Origin: Tricharina praecox
Lineage: Eukaryota
Reading direction: 5' to 3'
NCBI RefSeq assembly: GCF_024521635.1
Contig: NW_026250406.1
Location: 806,001-870,000, forward strand
DNA length: 64,000 nt
In this document: positions 26,448-38,390 of the stretch, one piece after another
Position numbering within the stretch: the stretch's first letter is position 1
How the letters are laid out: every line of letters begins with the position of its first letter
Translations under genes and position numbers: made by a program
The notes under the pieces: generated by a model
What the model was told of the DNA's origin: nothing
What the model saw: only the letters and a program-made list of their open reading frames with translations
Database searches by the model: none

Positions 26448-27584
26448 TCAAGAGCTCCACACCTTCAAGCTGTTGATCAACCAATACGCCTCCTCGAAGG
26501 CAGTAGGATTTTCAGAAACATGTCTTGCGCAAGTGTCTGCCCGGCTCGCACTAAACCTATCGTCAGTTCTATATCCGCAGAAACCATAACCGGAATAAGA
26601 GACTCACCAATCCGACTGCGCCCAGGTGTTCCCTGCCCAATCGCCACAGAACGTGATATCAAACACGATCTTATGATCCCTAAACTTCTCATCCATATCA
26701 CAGGCCCCTTTGAACATCGCCTGCGGCATCCCCCAATATGCCGGTGCCGGGTTAGCCCCCAAGGCATCCGCGGGAACCGTACCCCTCGGCCACCACCACA
26801 CTTTGATATGCTGGCTCGTCCACTCCATGGCATAGACCCCTCCACCGTTCTTATTAAACCCGTCTCCATACGACGCCGCGCTTGCGTCATGAACCGCACA
26901 CCCCTGATTCTTCCCCTGTCCCTCAGCATCAACAAAGCAATCCTCAGTGACCGGCGTTCCCGAGTAACCCTCAGGATCCACTCTACAGCTCGGCGCGGTA
27001 TGCAGCGCCACAGCATTGTACTGCTGCTCGTGCACGCCCTCGATAATGTCAATCTCGCCATTATTCGGCCAGTCGTCGCCCAGCGTCCAGAAGGCGGGCC
27101 ACGTCCCGCAGCCCCATGGCAGGTGCTCGACGTCGAGAATGAACAGCCCCCGCGTGAAGCGCGCTTTGCTCTCGAGACGCAGGGACCGCCGTCCGTTCGG
27201 TGCTAGGCGTGCCATGTCGACACCCATGTACACTTTGTCGGCGGGCGCCCGTATCAACCCCAGCTTTTGCGCGAGCGGTCGGCTGCTGAATTTTACGAAG
27301 CCGTCGGTGGGGTCGTCACCCTGTTGGTTCACCCGAGTCAGCACCGCAATGGAAGATCAACGGACGATGGGTAGGGTGTGGAGGCTTACGGTGAAGAACT
27401 CGAACTCGTCAAAAAAGTTGTCTGCCGTGTAGGTCGCGGCTAATTGCGAGTAGGATTCTGCGTGGTATACTGCATCATCCTGCTTAACGATCGTCGTGCT
27501 GTTCCAGTAGGTTCCCGCCGGCGGGATCGCAACTGCCGAGACTGTGGCTGCGGCGAAAATCAGGTGGAGGAATTGGAATCTCAT
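26448..27584 (-). CDS. Secreted glycoside hydrolase family 16 endo-1,3(4)-beta-glucanase (Lam16A-like), 3 exons
   Basis: Signal peptide MRFQFLHLIFAAATVSA; DDPTDGFV, GRRSLRLES, GCGTWPAFW, catalytic WPNNGEIDIIEG, GGGVYAMEW, FDITFCGDWAG and AYWLINSLKVW. Confidence 0.93.
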
Positions 27585-29444
27585 TATAATGGAATATTGT
27601 ATTGTGCTGTAGGGACAGACAGACTGGTCCGGATAGGTAGTTGGCAGGAGACTCTGGTGGATTGATTGATTATTGATTTGTACTGAGAATTCATTTCTGC
27701 AGCACCACGCTGGATGGAGATATATACCTACCACCACCAGCACCACCACGCCAGACCAATGGCCAGACCAGCGGCCAGACCAGACGCCCGCGCTGTAGCC
27801 GTAGGTAGCTGTAGCTGTTAATACATCCACACTACTAGTACTAAAATCCCGGGCGGTTTCAGCAGGGCAGACACCAGATTGGCGACCAACTGACCAACCA
27901 AAACGTCAACCACCCATGGGACATGGAGTTGAAACCCGGGAGTGCTGGGAGTGCTGGGATGAAGCGGCTCGGCTCCCGAAGTCTAGGTTTGCACGGACTC
28001 GGATGGACGGCGGACTGCAGAATGCAGGACGCAATGACCATTTGCATCGGGGAATTGCTGATGGTCGACGGAGCGCATACACTGTAGCTATGGCACGCAT
28101 TACCACTGTAGTCACGGTCGACGACGGTGCGATCACGATCACAATCATGAGGGCCGGGCTTCCGATACCCACTCGACCATTGTCCTAGGCGTCGGTGCAA
28201 GATAAGTAGACGCCGTAACAAGCGTACTCACTCACTTACTCTCATTTCCCACCACCCCCCACACCCCACCCCATCTTGAGGCAGAAACACGACCTTTCCA
28301 ACGGATTGGCCGCAGGCCCGCAATACACTGCATAGGGCAGCGCACGGGGTCGAGGAACGCCACGCACGCGGCAGTAGGAGAATGCAAATATTAGGGTTCT
28401 CACGCATCCGCCCCCTACCTACACACACACCTACACACACATACATACCAGCAACATGCGATGTCTTACCTCGCCTCGGCAGGCTTGCAGGCTTGCATGC
28501 CCGCCTGTTGTCGGGGATTCAAATACCGTTCCCGACGCTGTGGTAGGTAGGCACATACATTTTGGTACGCAAAGGTAAAACCCTCGACTCCTTGTCTCAC
28601 AGGTTTCCACCCCTCCCCCTCTCATGGTCAACAAGCTTCACTGGTAGATTGGATATTTATACCACCGCGTTTTATCTCCCCTGACTCCCTGGTGCCCTGC
28701 AAAGCCCCCGCGGTCCAATAGGATCATCGGAATTGGTTGCGCGAGTGCTAGCTCGTGACTAGCTGCCCTGCGAGAAGGGATGAGCAGCCATGAAGGAACT
28801 GGCTAGCTAGCTAGTTAAGCGCCGTTTCACGCTAACTCACGCTAACTACCGCGCGCAATAAGGGAGGCCCCACCGCCCCAAGGACGAGGACGAGGGCGAG
28901 TCCCAATGTTCCATCTTTGCGCTGCGCCTCTGGATAAAGATAGAGGCGAGCCACTCCTTTCACGGCGTAGGCGAACACTACTCTACTACCTAGTAGAGCG
29001 TCATGGTTTTCGAAAGCTAGTTGCCTCCTTCGACCGGCGGAAAGGTCAGTTTTTCCTAGTCAAATAATCCGCAGGTGAGTCTTGAAGCAGCCACAATTAC
29101 AAGTCGAAATCATTCCCATCTCATTCATTGATTCCACAGCTATTCACAGCCATTTACAGCCATTCCGTTCACCTAACACACCTAACCACATGCCCAGGTG
29201 AATGTGAAGTATGCACCCCCCAGCCAAATCATACCCCGTGCTCCATCCCATCCGTAGAGCAAAAGCGCAAATCCCCCCCCAATCTACCCCGTAAAAAAAA
29301 CAATGGAAAGAGAAAAAAAACCCGTTGAAACAACCATATGCTAAACCGATAGCACAGTAAACTGGAACCCCGACAAACGCCTGTACCATGCCTTCATCGA
29401 TCCATCACACCTCATCGCTAGAGATGTCCATTGCCATCCATCCG

Positions 29445-31225
29445 TTATCCTCGGAACACCTTGATCTGCATTTCAACTATTAGCTACGGAATGGCGGGTG
29501 AAAGACGGAAAGATGGGGAAGACAAACCCGATCCACAACCTGAGTGCGACACATCGGACAGACCACATGTGGCATGGGTCTGACGAAGTGATCCTTAGTC
29601 CGCGCACCGATCAGGTCCGCGCACCACTGACAAACCACGAGATGCGCGCAGGGCAGCAGGACAGTGTCCGCAATCTGCCCGAAGCAAATCTTGCACTCGC
29701 TGTCCAGCTTCATATCGGCCTCTTCAAGCGGCACCGGTCGCCCTTTCTGCGTATCGAGGCTGGCTGGGGGCTGGTGGAAGTGCTGTTGTGATTCACGCTG
29801 CGAGTCGCGGCGGCGGAGACGGAGGCGTTCGGCATGTCGGCTGCGGGGGTCACCTACCAGTGCGTCGCGGAAGATATCGAGTTGGAGCTGCTGCAGTTGC
29901 ATATGTGCTGCTGACTCGGGCTGTATCAACTCGGCGGGGGTGCGGTCGGGAGCCGGGGTTTCGGGAGGAGGGCCGGCCGCTGCCACTGCCGATGCAACTG
30001 CCGCTGCCGATGCAGCTGCAGCTGCGGTTGCACTCGCCACTTGAGCTCTGGTATTGGTTCTGACAACGGAATAGTGACGCGCCTCGCGGGGGGCCCAAGG
30101 GCGCTGGAATCTATTGCGAAACCTTCGATTAGTTGTAGGGGCCACGTGAGGTGATGGCGGTTAAACTTACAGTGAGGATATTTGGGAAGAAGCGTAATCA
30201 TCACCATCGTGATCATCCCACACAGCCCTCAACCGCTCCTCTGCTTCCGCATCCATCGGTGATAGTATCAAGGGTGGATCCTCCCTGCTGGGTGTCCTGT
30301 TTCCCATGATACGGGACCTCTCGGCTTCCCGTGTCGCAGTTGCTAGACTCCTGTTCGCCGCATACAAGTGTCTACGCGCCGCCGATTCATGCAGTGATTC
30401 TAGCTCCGAGTCTATATCCTGACCGTCTTCGAGTCTCCATAATCCCCTCGAAGCACGGGTCGCCAGTTCGGCCCAAGGCGGCTCGGATGGTGTCTCCGCA
30501 ACAGATCTTCTGCGGGGCCATCCGGATGGTCTCGCTGTAGTCTCGGACCCCAACGCCATACTCCTCGGCCTAACCGTTTCCCTCAAACCAATGATCGGCG
30601 ACGGAAAGTACGGAACCGGACTGTTCTGTTCAGACGGAAGATCCCTAACAAGATCACCGAGCCTTTGTCGAATATTCCTCCTCATATCCTCTCCATCATG
30701 TCCACTCCCATTGGCGCCACCGGCCGTATTTTGCGACAACCTCACACCACCGGGCGTGCGCGGACTAGCCGGTCCATTATTCGGCGTTCTCAGCCCATTA
30801 TTTGGCGTACGGACCAATGGCGTCATGGGACTGCGATCAAACAGTGGAGGTGGGGGCAAGGTCTCCAGCTCGACTCTCATGCGATTCGCGCGGGCACTCT
30901 CGCGGCTCTCCAGTAGTCGATTTTCCAGCAGCCGTAGCTGCAGCCGTTCGATCTGGCTCTCGAGGGTGATGATCTGTGCCTGTGCCTCCTCCGGTGGTAT
31001 CCGTAACGTGGGAGTGGTCGACTCGGCCGTGGTGGGCGTACGGTTGGCGCTCGCCCGCACGGTGACTATTGGGGCGGCGATGCCACTTCCGCGGCGCGAT
31101 GGCGGCGGTCGACCACTATTGCTGCTGCTCGGCTCGTCCTCGCAGTCAGCGGTTCGACGTCTGCTACTGCTTCTGCCTCCTTCACTGCGGCGTCTGCTCG
31201 CCCGATCGGAGCGCGGGGAATCCAT
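29445..31225 (-). CDS. Protein with a C-terminal C3HC4 RING finger (IAP/MDM2-like subtype); putative E3 ubiquitin ligase, 3 exons; start codon uncertain
   Basis: CKICFGQIADTVLLPCAHLVVCQWCA...CPMCR..DR|IKVFRG*. Intron ~30170-30110 joins a disordered/coiled-coil N-terminal region in frame. Confidence 0.8.
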
Positions 31226-32687
31226 CTCTCGTTCGTTGGTATAAGTTCCGCAGGGAATGTTGTATGCTTCGCGCGTGGCACTCGTAGGAAACGTCAGATC
31301 CACGAAACCCCGTAAAGTATGGTGTGGGGCTGTAGGGCTGTTGTAGGTTGAACAGAGCTTTGCTTGCAGACAAGCGAGAAAGAAGCGGACGTCTCGATTG
31401 ACGCAGGGCCGATAGTTCGATGAGGTGAACTTCTTGCCGTTCGTTGTTGTCTCCTTCTCATTCCTCTCTCTCGTTGTTATTTTTTCTCTCTCTCCCCAGG
31501 TTCACAATCGATAGCTGTAGTTGTGCAGCTCTAGTCCCACCTCTCGCGGGTGTATGTATGTCGAAGTGGCGTTGAAGGAGCGGGCCAGACAGGTGACAGG
31601 GAGCCAAAGGGGGGTCGAAAGAGGTAATTCAATAACTCAAAGAGTTACCGAATTACTCGTCGGGAGTCGGGTAGAGAGGAGAGGAGAAGAGGTGGAGGAG
31701 AAGGAGGAGGAGGAGGGGTATGTTTCGCTCGTGCCAGTGTGTTAGCTTGGGGGAAGCTGTGGCTGCTGGCTGGCTGCCAACACTTAGGCTCGAAGATCTA
31801 CCGGTGCACTAGCGTAGAGTACCATGGCCTATGACGGTCATGAGGGTACAATGCCCAGGTAGGTATCAACCGACAAATTGAAGCGATTGAGAACTGAGGT
31901 GATAAAACTCTGCTCAACGCATCTACATCGCAATCCTCCGGGGTGAATTAATTAGAAGCAAAAAAGAAGAAAAATAGTCCAACCCGGAGCGTTTTCCGCC
32001 GCAGGGCACCTCTGCGACCAAACCGAGACGCAACAGATGTCTACCGAGCACCCTTGAATGCCCTAGGTAGAGTGAAGTGGACACGCTCCTATCACGAACA
32101 CGCCCGCTCCGCTCCGATAAAGTGTCTTCGGGTGCGGGGCCATACATATAAGTTGCGCCGTAGGGCCGTAAGGCCGTAAGCCATCTCTCTCTCGGCGGTG
32201 GAGGGTGGGCAGTGCCTTTGCAGCGCTATATAATGGCCATCGGTTCCTCACAAACAGTTGGTGGATATTACGCCCTTCCCCCGCGCTAATTGGTTCATCT
32301 CCCCCTTCATCGCAGCATCATATGACGAACTGCCACGAACTAAGGCGAGCCGGCAGGAAACATTCGCGGACTGCTCTATGGTGGATGCATATGACCGCAT
32401 GCGTGCCCAGTGCGATAGTCGCCTGGTGCTAAATTCTATGAACGACGGGGCGAGGCGGTCGATGCACGGGATTTTGGGTGCGAGGGATTGGGCATGTGTC
32501 CGATTGGTGCTGGTTTCCCATCAAATGAAAACGGCAAATCATCGAACCGTTTCGTTTCCGGCTGACAAATATTGATGACGGTTCGATAAACCGAGTGACA
32601 TCACATGAAAGAGCCCATTCATCATGGACAGACAATCCTAAGTATATCCACTCAACCCCAAGAAATACATATGAAAGATTACCTACG

Positions 32688-35667
32688 CTATTTCCTCCAC
32701 CTCTGCGCGATGCCATGGACGCGATCCATAAGTACCGGCAAAACCGAGTTCATACTATCATCGATGAGGTTTTTGAAATGCGTGATCGCCTGCTCTTCGC
32801 TAAGCTCCAAGCAGAACCTCTCCTTAACCTTAAAAACCGCCTTATCCGGCTCCAATCTGATGTCAGGAATATTGGCGTCCACCATCAGCGCGAAAAGGTT
32901 GAGGATCAGATTCGCGCTCTTGCGGAGCGTGATGTACGCCGTGTAGCAGTACGAGCGGAAGCGATGGTAGTTGTCGGACTGTGTGCCGCCCATGCCATCG
33001 ATCATCTCTTTGCACACCTTCATCAGCGGAGAGAAGGGCTTGGGGTCTCGCCCAAGGATAAAACCAAAGTCGGCGTGGAAGAAGTGGCCTAGTGATGAAA
33101 TATCAGCAGCGATGCTACGGGATCACAAGAGAAATCGGGGTGAATACCATCAGCCGTCAGCAAGAGGTTGTCAAGATGTCGATCGCCAACGCCTAGTAGA
33201 TACGTGATAACGCAGTATCCCGCACAACTCTTGACATAGGTATCCATGATCTCCGCCTTGACCCCCAGGTCTTGCGTCGGATCCGGGAATGTGCTCCTCA
33301 GATACGGTAGCACACCCGCCGGAGACCGTTTCCCCTCTTCGATGGCTGCCAGACTCATACTCGGCACAAATTGCACGATTCCGGTGAAGGCGCTTGTTGC
33401 GAGAATTCTGTACGGCGTGAGTTTGAGATCGAGGTTTTCCTTCCGAAGGAGTCTATCCATCAGGATGATGATCTGAATCACGAGCTGATCTTGTCGAAGG
33501 TCGTCTCCGGACTTGAATATGATGGGGTAATGTTCGTCTTTATCTGTTTTGAGATGAAGGAGCACAGGGAAGAGCGATGACTTGAACACCATCGAATTCT
33601 CTGCATCACCGTTAGCCCTGCCGCGGCCAAGCACAAGGCGATATACATACCAGGAAAACATCCAATGATATTCACACTAGGGTCCAACGGCAGTGGTATG
33701 GGCTCGAACGAAAGCATTTCATGCGCAGGATCCCTCAACAGCTCTTTCAGCTTATCCTCTTTTTTAGTTCGATCCCGGACGGCCTGGATCTCCTTCGCCG
33801 TTTCCCCAATCATAAACACGAAGTCTCCCTGACGCTTCATCACAGCACGTCTTTTCTCACCATCCGGCAATTGACTCAGCGCAACCTGAAATTCCCACGC
33901 GATTTTGGTGTACAGCTTCTTACGCTCGCCATCGGGGTCTTCCGTCTCGACGACTAGATACCAGTGCAAGAAACTACCCAGAACCTCGTTATTGCACGCT
34001 CTACTAATCAGGAACTTCACCAAGCTGGACTCTTTCACAGCGTCGACATGAGCGTCCGGCCGTATGGCTTCGAATTTGAGAGCCTGGACAAGCTGCAGGA
34101 GGTACAGCTGCAATTCCTCGTCGTCCGCGGCCCGCAGTCGGTCCACAGCATACGCCCGGACTTCCATATTGTGCACATTCGGGCCCAAAAGCTCCAGCGC
34201 ATCATCCACGTCGATTTCGGTCCACTCCGGTATCAGTCGCACCGCGAATTTACTCTCGGATGGATCGCCCCATGCTACACTCTTAACAAATTTCGTGAGT
34301 GCTCGTTTGTCCCTAGTGAGGTAGAACCGGAACTTCCATATCAAGTCCTTCTCTTCCGATGTAAGCTCCTGCGTCGGTCCGTAGTTTAGGATCTCGCCGA
34401 GCTCGTCCCTGATCTTAGCATTGGGTCTTAAGTCTCGGTCGATGATTCCGTTGCGATGGGACCGGACTAATCGTCGGTGCTTCGACTCCGCCGGATTATC
34501 CCTCGTAGCCTCCGGATCGAACACCTTGAAGCCCAGTCGCGGTAGCCCCGAGCTGGACGCTCCATCCCCGACGGCTTGCACTTGGCGCTGTGTGTTGCCC
34601 GCAGCCGCTGTGTTCGGAGGTGACATGCTATTTGGAGCGATACCTTGACCAGGCAGCAACGTGTATTCGTGTTCGGAGTAGACGATTGGCAAATCGAAGC
34701 GTTGAAGGTCGATAAATAGGTAGTGTTCGTCTTTTGACTTGCCTGAAGCCTGCTTGTTGATCCGTTCGATCTCGCGGAAGACAAGGTGGTCGAGCCAATC
34801 GACACGCGGAAGCTCTTTGAGCTCATGTTTCTTGACCAACTGTGCGCGGTCTATCAGCACAAAGTCTTATCACAACCCCAGGATCGCATAGCCCACCTTC
34901 TCCAGCCGGTCCATCTCATTACCAGTCTCAACCGGACTCGGAGTAGTAGTATCCGTCAACCCATCGGCAGCGACACCCATCCAGACCTTACACTTCTGCC
35001 TCCCATTCTTCAGCGTGCTGCGGCACCATCAGCAATCTCCCCTCACCCCTCTCCGCAACAATCCCACTCACTGATCCTTCTCGAACAAGCGTATCGTCGT
35101 CCCTCCAAACGGCACTGTATTTTGCGGCCCGGCCAGATCCCAGATCGTGATCGCCAGCTGCGCCGAAAGCGGAAGATCGCAGTATCGCACGGGAAGCGGA
35201 AGCCATTCCATCCATCTACACCCGCCGCCAGGCGTTAGCTTAGCACTGTAGTGTCCCACGGATGGGATGGGACGGGATGGGGTGACCAACGTTCGCTGCG
35301 CTTTGAAGGCGCGGTACGAGGTCTGTACTGGAACCGTCAACGGCTTGCTGTCGGCCCATACCTGCACTGTCAGGTACAGGTCCGAATGGGAGCTGGGAAC
35401 TGTAAGCGGGATTGGCGGGGAGCGGGAGTGGGGGGGAGGGGCGGCGGGAAGAGCAACCTCGTATTGGCGCCGATGTGCTTGAGCTCTGGATGCGCCACGA
35501 GAGTGGTATACGGGAGCGGCGCGCGGGATCCCTCGAGCGTGTCTCTGCGGGAGCGGGGTACGTCAGCCGAAGATCGTGGCGGCCAGAGAGCGTGGAGGTT
35601 CATGCATTCGTACGCTAAGCTGTAGTGTTCCCAGCTCTCGAGAGGTCGCGAACATGTAGGCGTCCAT
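32688..35667 (-). CDS. VPS34: Class III phosphatidylinositol 3-kinase Vps34, multi-exon
   Basis: C2 region [13 protein letters not shown] and PFGGTT; helical region [13 protein letters not shown] and [13 protein letters not shown]; kinase region [33 protein letters not shown] and [15 protein letters not shown]-terminus ..AQRWRK*. Confidence 0.97.
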
Positions 35668-36370
35668 CTTGCTCTGTGAAGGCGCCACCGTGGTGCCTTC
35701 TGTCGCTGGAGCTGTAGAACCAGTCATGTCGGGTCCAGGTTTAGTTTTGCCGTCGGTTGAAACTTTTGTAAGTTGTCGTGGGGTATGGCTTATCCAACTC
35801 TATTGCAGTGCCCGAACCTTGTCCATGGCGTTGAAGAGCTTCGTTCCCGCCGCCGGCGCCTTAACTGGTCATCGTTCCATGCGGACTGCCCAAATTGCAC
35901 TAATGCATCCACTTTATCGGATGGATCTAATCAGATAGGCTTCAATTGTGAGCAATGGAGCATCGTGCGCCAAATTGGGCAACGATACTTATTTGTGAGC
36001 GTATGGGTCTCTACAGAGTTGCGATACTATGGTACACCTGCATTGGCGGCAATATACGGAAAAGAGAGGGTTTGTACAGTTTGAACTCCTGCGTAAAGGG
36101 TAGATGCATCCGATATCACCCATGAGTATGTGTCTGGCGACCAGCCACATAGTAATTGCCCAGTTGAAAACTCGCTCCGAGGGATACTTTCCTCGCTGTT
36201 AGCTGTCACGAAGTCACGGTTTATAGCCACTCTACTCTTGCCATTCCTCACAAGCCCGCGCCCTCTTGGTAAAACGTGAGGACTTTGGTTCATTCGTGAA
36301 TCATTTATATGCCAAAAAGCGAACAAAAACACCTATTATCGTACACCATACAAATCGTCATTATACACGC

Positions 36371-37411
36371 TCATTTCTTCGCTGCCTCTTCCTCCTCTTC
36401 CTTCTTTTTCCGCTCCTCCTCCTCGGCCCTCTCCTTCGCAATATCCAACTTCTTCTGTAACCCTTTGGCGCCATTGAAAACACCATCCGTGCGCTTCCCA
36501 CAGATGGCGCAGCTTGGGTTCTTCCTCCGATAGCGGTCGATAGCACAGTTTTCGCAGAAGTAATGACCACACTTAGTCTGAATCGGGCTCTTATAGTCTC
36601 CCTTGCAGATGACGCACTTGAACGGGATCTCCTCCTCCTCCTTCTCATCCGCGGGCTTCCACTCACCAGTGCCCATCTTCTTCCCCTGGAGCACCGGCAT
36701 CTTCCCCCCCTTCTGCTTGATCTCCCACTCGCGGTCCAGCTTCCACCCCGCTGCATAGTCCTCACGCGCGTGCAGGAACTTGCACGTATCCCCGAACCCG
36801 CAGAACCCCGTGAGCTTGTAGTCCTTGCACACGTCGGGCGCGTAGTCGGTCACCGTTATCGTGCGGATATTTGTCGGCGCCTTGACGGGCCCCACGGGCT
36901 TGCGCGACGCCGCGTCCGCCGACTTCTTGATGAAGCTGCCGTAGCCCTTGTTGCCGGTGTAAGTGCCGTCGTCTGCCGGGGGACCGGCGGCATCGTCTGT
37001 AGTGGCAGCGGCAGCAGCAGCAGGTTTCTTCCGGCGACCGAGCAACCCCGCCTCCTCCTCATCGTACCAATTGCTCTGTTTCGTCGCGTCGTTCGTCTGT
37101 ACGATATCCCTTGAGGTAGCCGCGTACTTCGCAGTGCCTGCATCCGCCGCTCCCGCGCCCCTCACATCGCTCGTTGCGGCGACCACAGTACCCATGTTCC
37201 GCCGCCGCTTTTTGATCTTCCGCGGACCACCATCGCCTCCTCCTTCCGAGGAGCTGTCGTAGTCGCTGCCGCCGTCGGAATCTGATGCTGGCGGGGGCGT
37301 GGCGGCTCGCTTGCGCAGTGAGGATTTGCCTTTGGCGTTGCGCCGGAAGAAGACGACGGGCTTGGGTGCGTCTGCGGGCGGCAGCTCGATCGTCGTGGGT
37401 GTGGATGGCAT
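36371..37411 (-). CDS. CWC24: Pre-mRNA splicing factor Cwc24 (CCCH zinc finger plus RING; RNF113A orthologue), single exon
   Basis: GPVKAPTNIRTITVTDYAPDVCKDYKLTGFCGFGDTCKFLHAREDYAAGWKLDREW and IPFKCVIC..PIQTKCGHYFCENCA..CAIC..TDGVFN. Confidence 0.96.
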   Translation of the reverse strand: MPSTPTTIELPPADAPKPVVFFRRNAKGKSSLRKRAATPPPASDSDGGSDYDSSSEGGGDGGPRKIKKRRRNMGTVVAATSDVRGAGAADAGTAKYAATSRDIVQTNDATKQSNWYDEEEAGLLGRRKKPAAAAAATTDDAAGPPADDGTYTGNKGYGSFIKKSADAASRKPVGPVKAPTNIRTITVTDYAPDVCKDYKLTGFCGFGDTCKFLHAREDYAAGWKLDREWEIKQKGGKMPVLQGKKMGTGEWKPADEKEEEEIPFKCVICKGDYKSPIQTKCGHYFCENCAIDRYRRKNPSCAICGKRTDGVFNGAKGLQKKLDIAKERAEEEERKKKEEEEEAAKK

Positions 37412-37921
37412 TGTGAAATTGAGCTGGTGAGGTGTGCGCTGAAGACGGAGCTGGAGTTCTGGAGAGCTTGATGGCGCCTGGCTTGGCTTGGTGAGATGCG
37501 GCAAGGATTAACATTGAGAGGCAACATGTGATTCTTCATAATTTATCACTCCTATCACGGCCCATGAAGACAAAACAGTTGGCGATTTTCTCCAATCGAT
37601 TCAGTACAAGCCAACAAGTCAGTACCGTAGCATGTATTGTAGCATATTTACTCTTGATGGAGACATCCAACAATTCAAATGCAGAGTTGAGATAGAAATT
37701 TAATTTTTACGGGACCGTTTAGTCCCTCCAGTAGATCCTCTAATTTGTTTCGGCAGTTCACCATAAATCATCACGACCACTGTGAGATATCCTCGATGAC
37801 AAAAAAGGCGCTCTCCGTGGTTAGATAGGCAGTGGATGGACACCAGGGCAGACTCACCAGGTGGTAGTAAGGGTCTAGTGGAAGGAGTCACATCACAGCA
37901 TATCATAGTAAAGCTCTCATG

Positions 37922-38050
37922 CAACCCATTCCATTACCATCTCAACAAGTATCAAACAAAGCGACTACAACCAATTCCATTACCATCTCAACAAGTATCA
38001 AAAAACGCAACTACAACCCATTCCATTATCATCTCAACAAGTATCAAACA
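37922..38050. repeat. 46-bp minisatellite, 3 copies
   Basis: CAACC(C/A)ATTCCATTA(C/T)CATCTCAACAAGTATCAAA starts at 37922, 37968 and 38014. Confidence 0.92.
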
Positions 38051-38142
38051 ACTACTATTGTACAAGAAAAAAAAAAACTTGGACAAGCAACACCATTCAG
38101 TACTGACACCTTTGTTGAAAATCCCCCCCTTTTGTAAATGCT

Positions 38143-38365
38143 GAAGAAAAGAAGAAAATTCTCAAAGAAAAGACAGGTATGCTCAATGAAGAAAAGAAGA
38201 AAAAACCTAGGTATGGTCCATGATGGAGAAAAGAAGAAAAAAACCTAGGTATGGTCCATGATCGAGAAAAGGAAGAAAAAAAAGCCGTGACAGAAAACCC
38301 AGGTATGCTCTATGGCGAAGAAAAGAAAAAGAAAGCTCATGAAAACCTCGGTATGTTCCATGAAG
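38143..38365. repeat. Degenerate tandem repeat, 5 units of an A/G-rich tract followed by GGTATGNTCNATG
   Basis: Cores read aggtatgctcaatg, aggtatggtccatg (twice), aggtatgctctatg and cggtatgttccatg, each after GAAAAGAAGAAAA-like purine runs. Confidence 0.8.
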
Positions 38366-38390
38366 ATCTTGTGTAGGAACGTCCCAAGAT

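Noticed and set aside
31850..32580. Short ORFs between the RING gene and VPS34
   Set aside because: No recognisable homology or splice-consistent model.
37922..38050. CRISPR-like appearance of the 35-bp conserved block repeated 3 times
   Set aside because: The intervening ~11-bp segments are short and similar to each other, the context is eukaryotic and there are no cas genes. It is an ordinary minisatellite.
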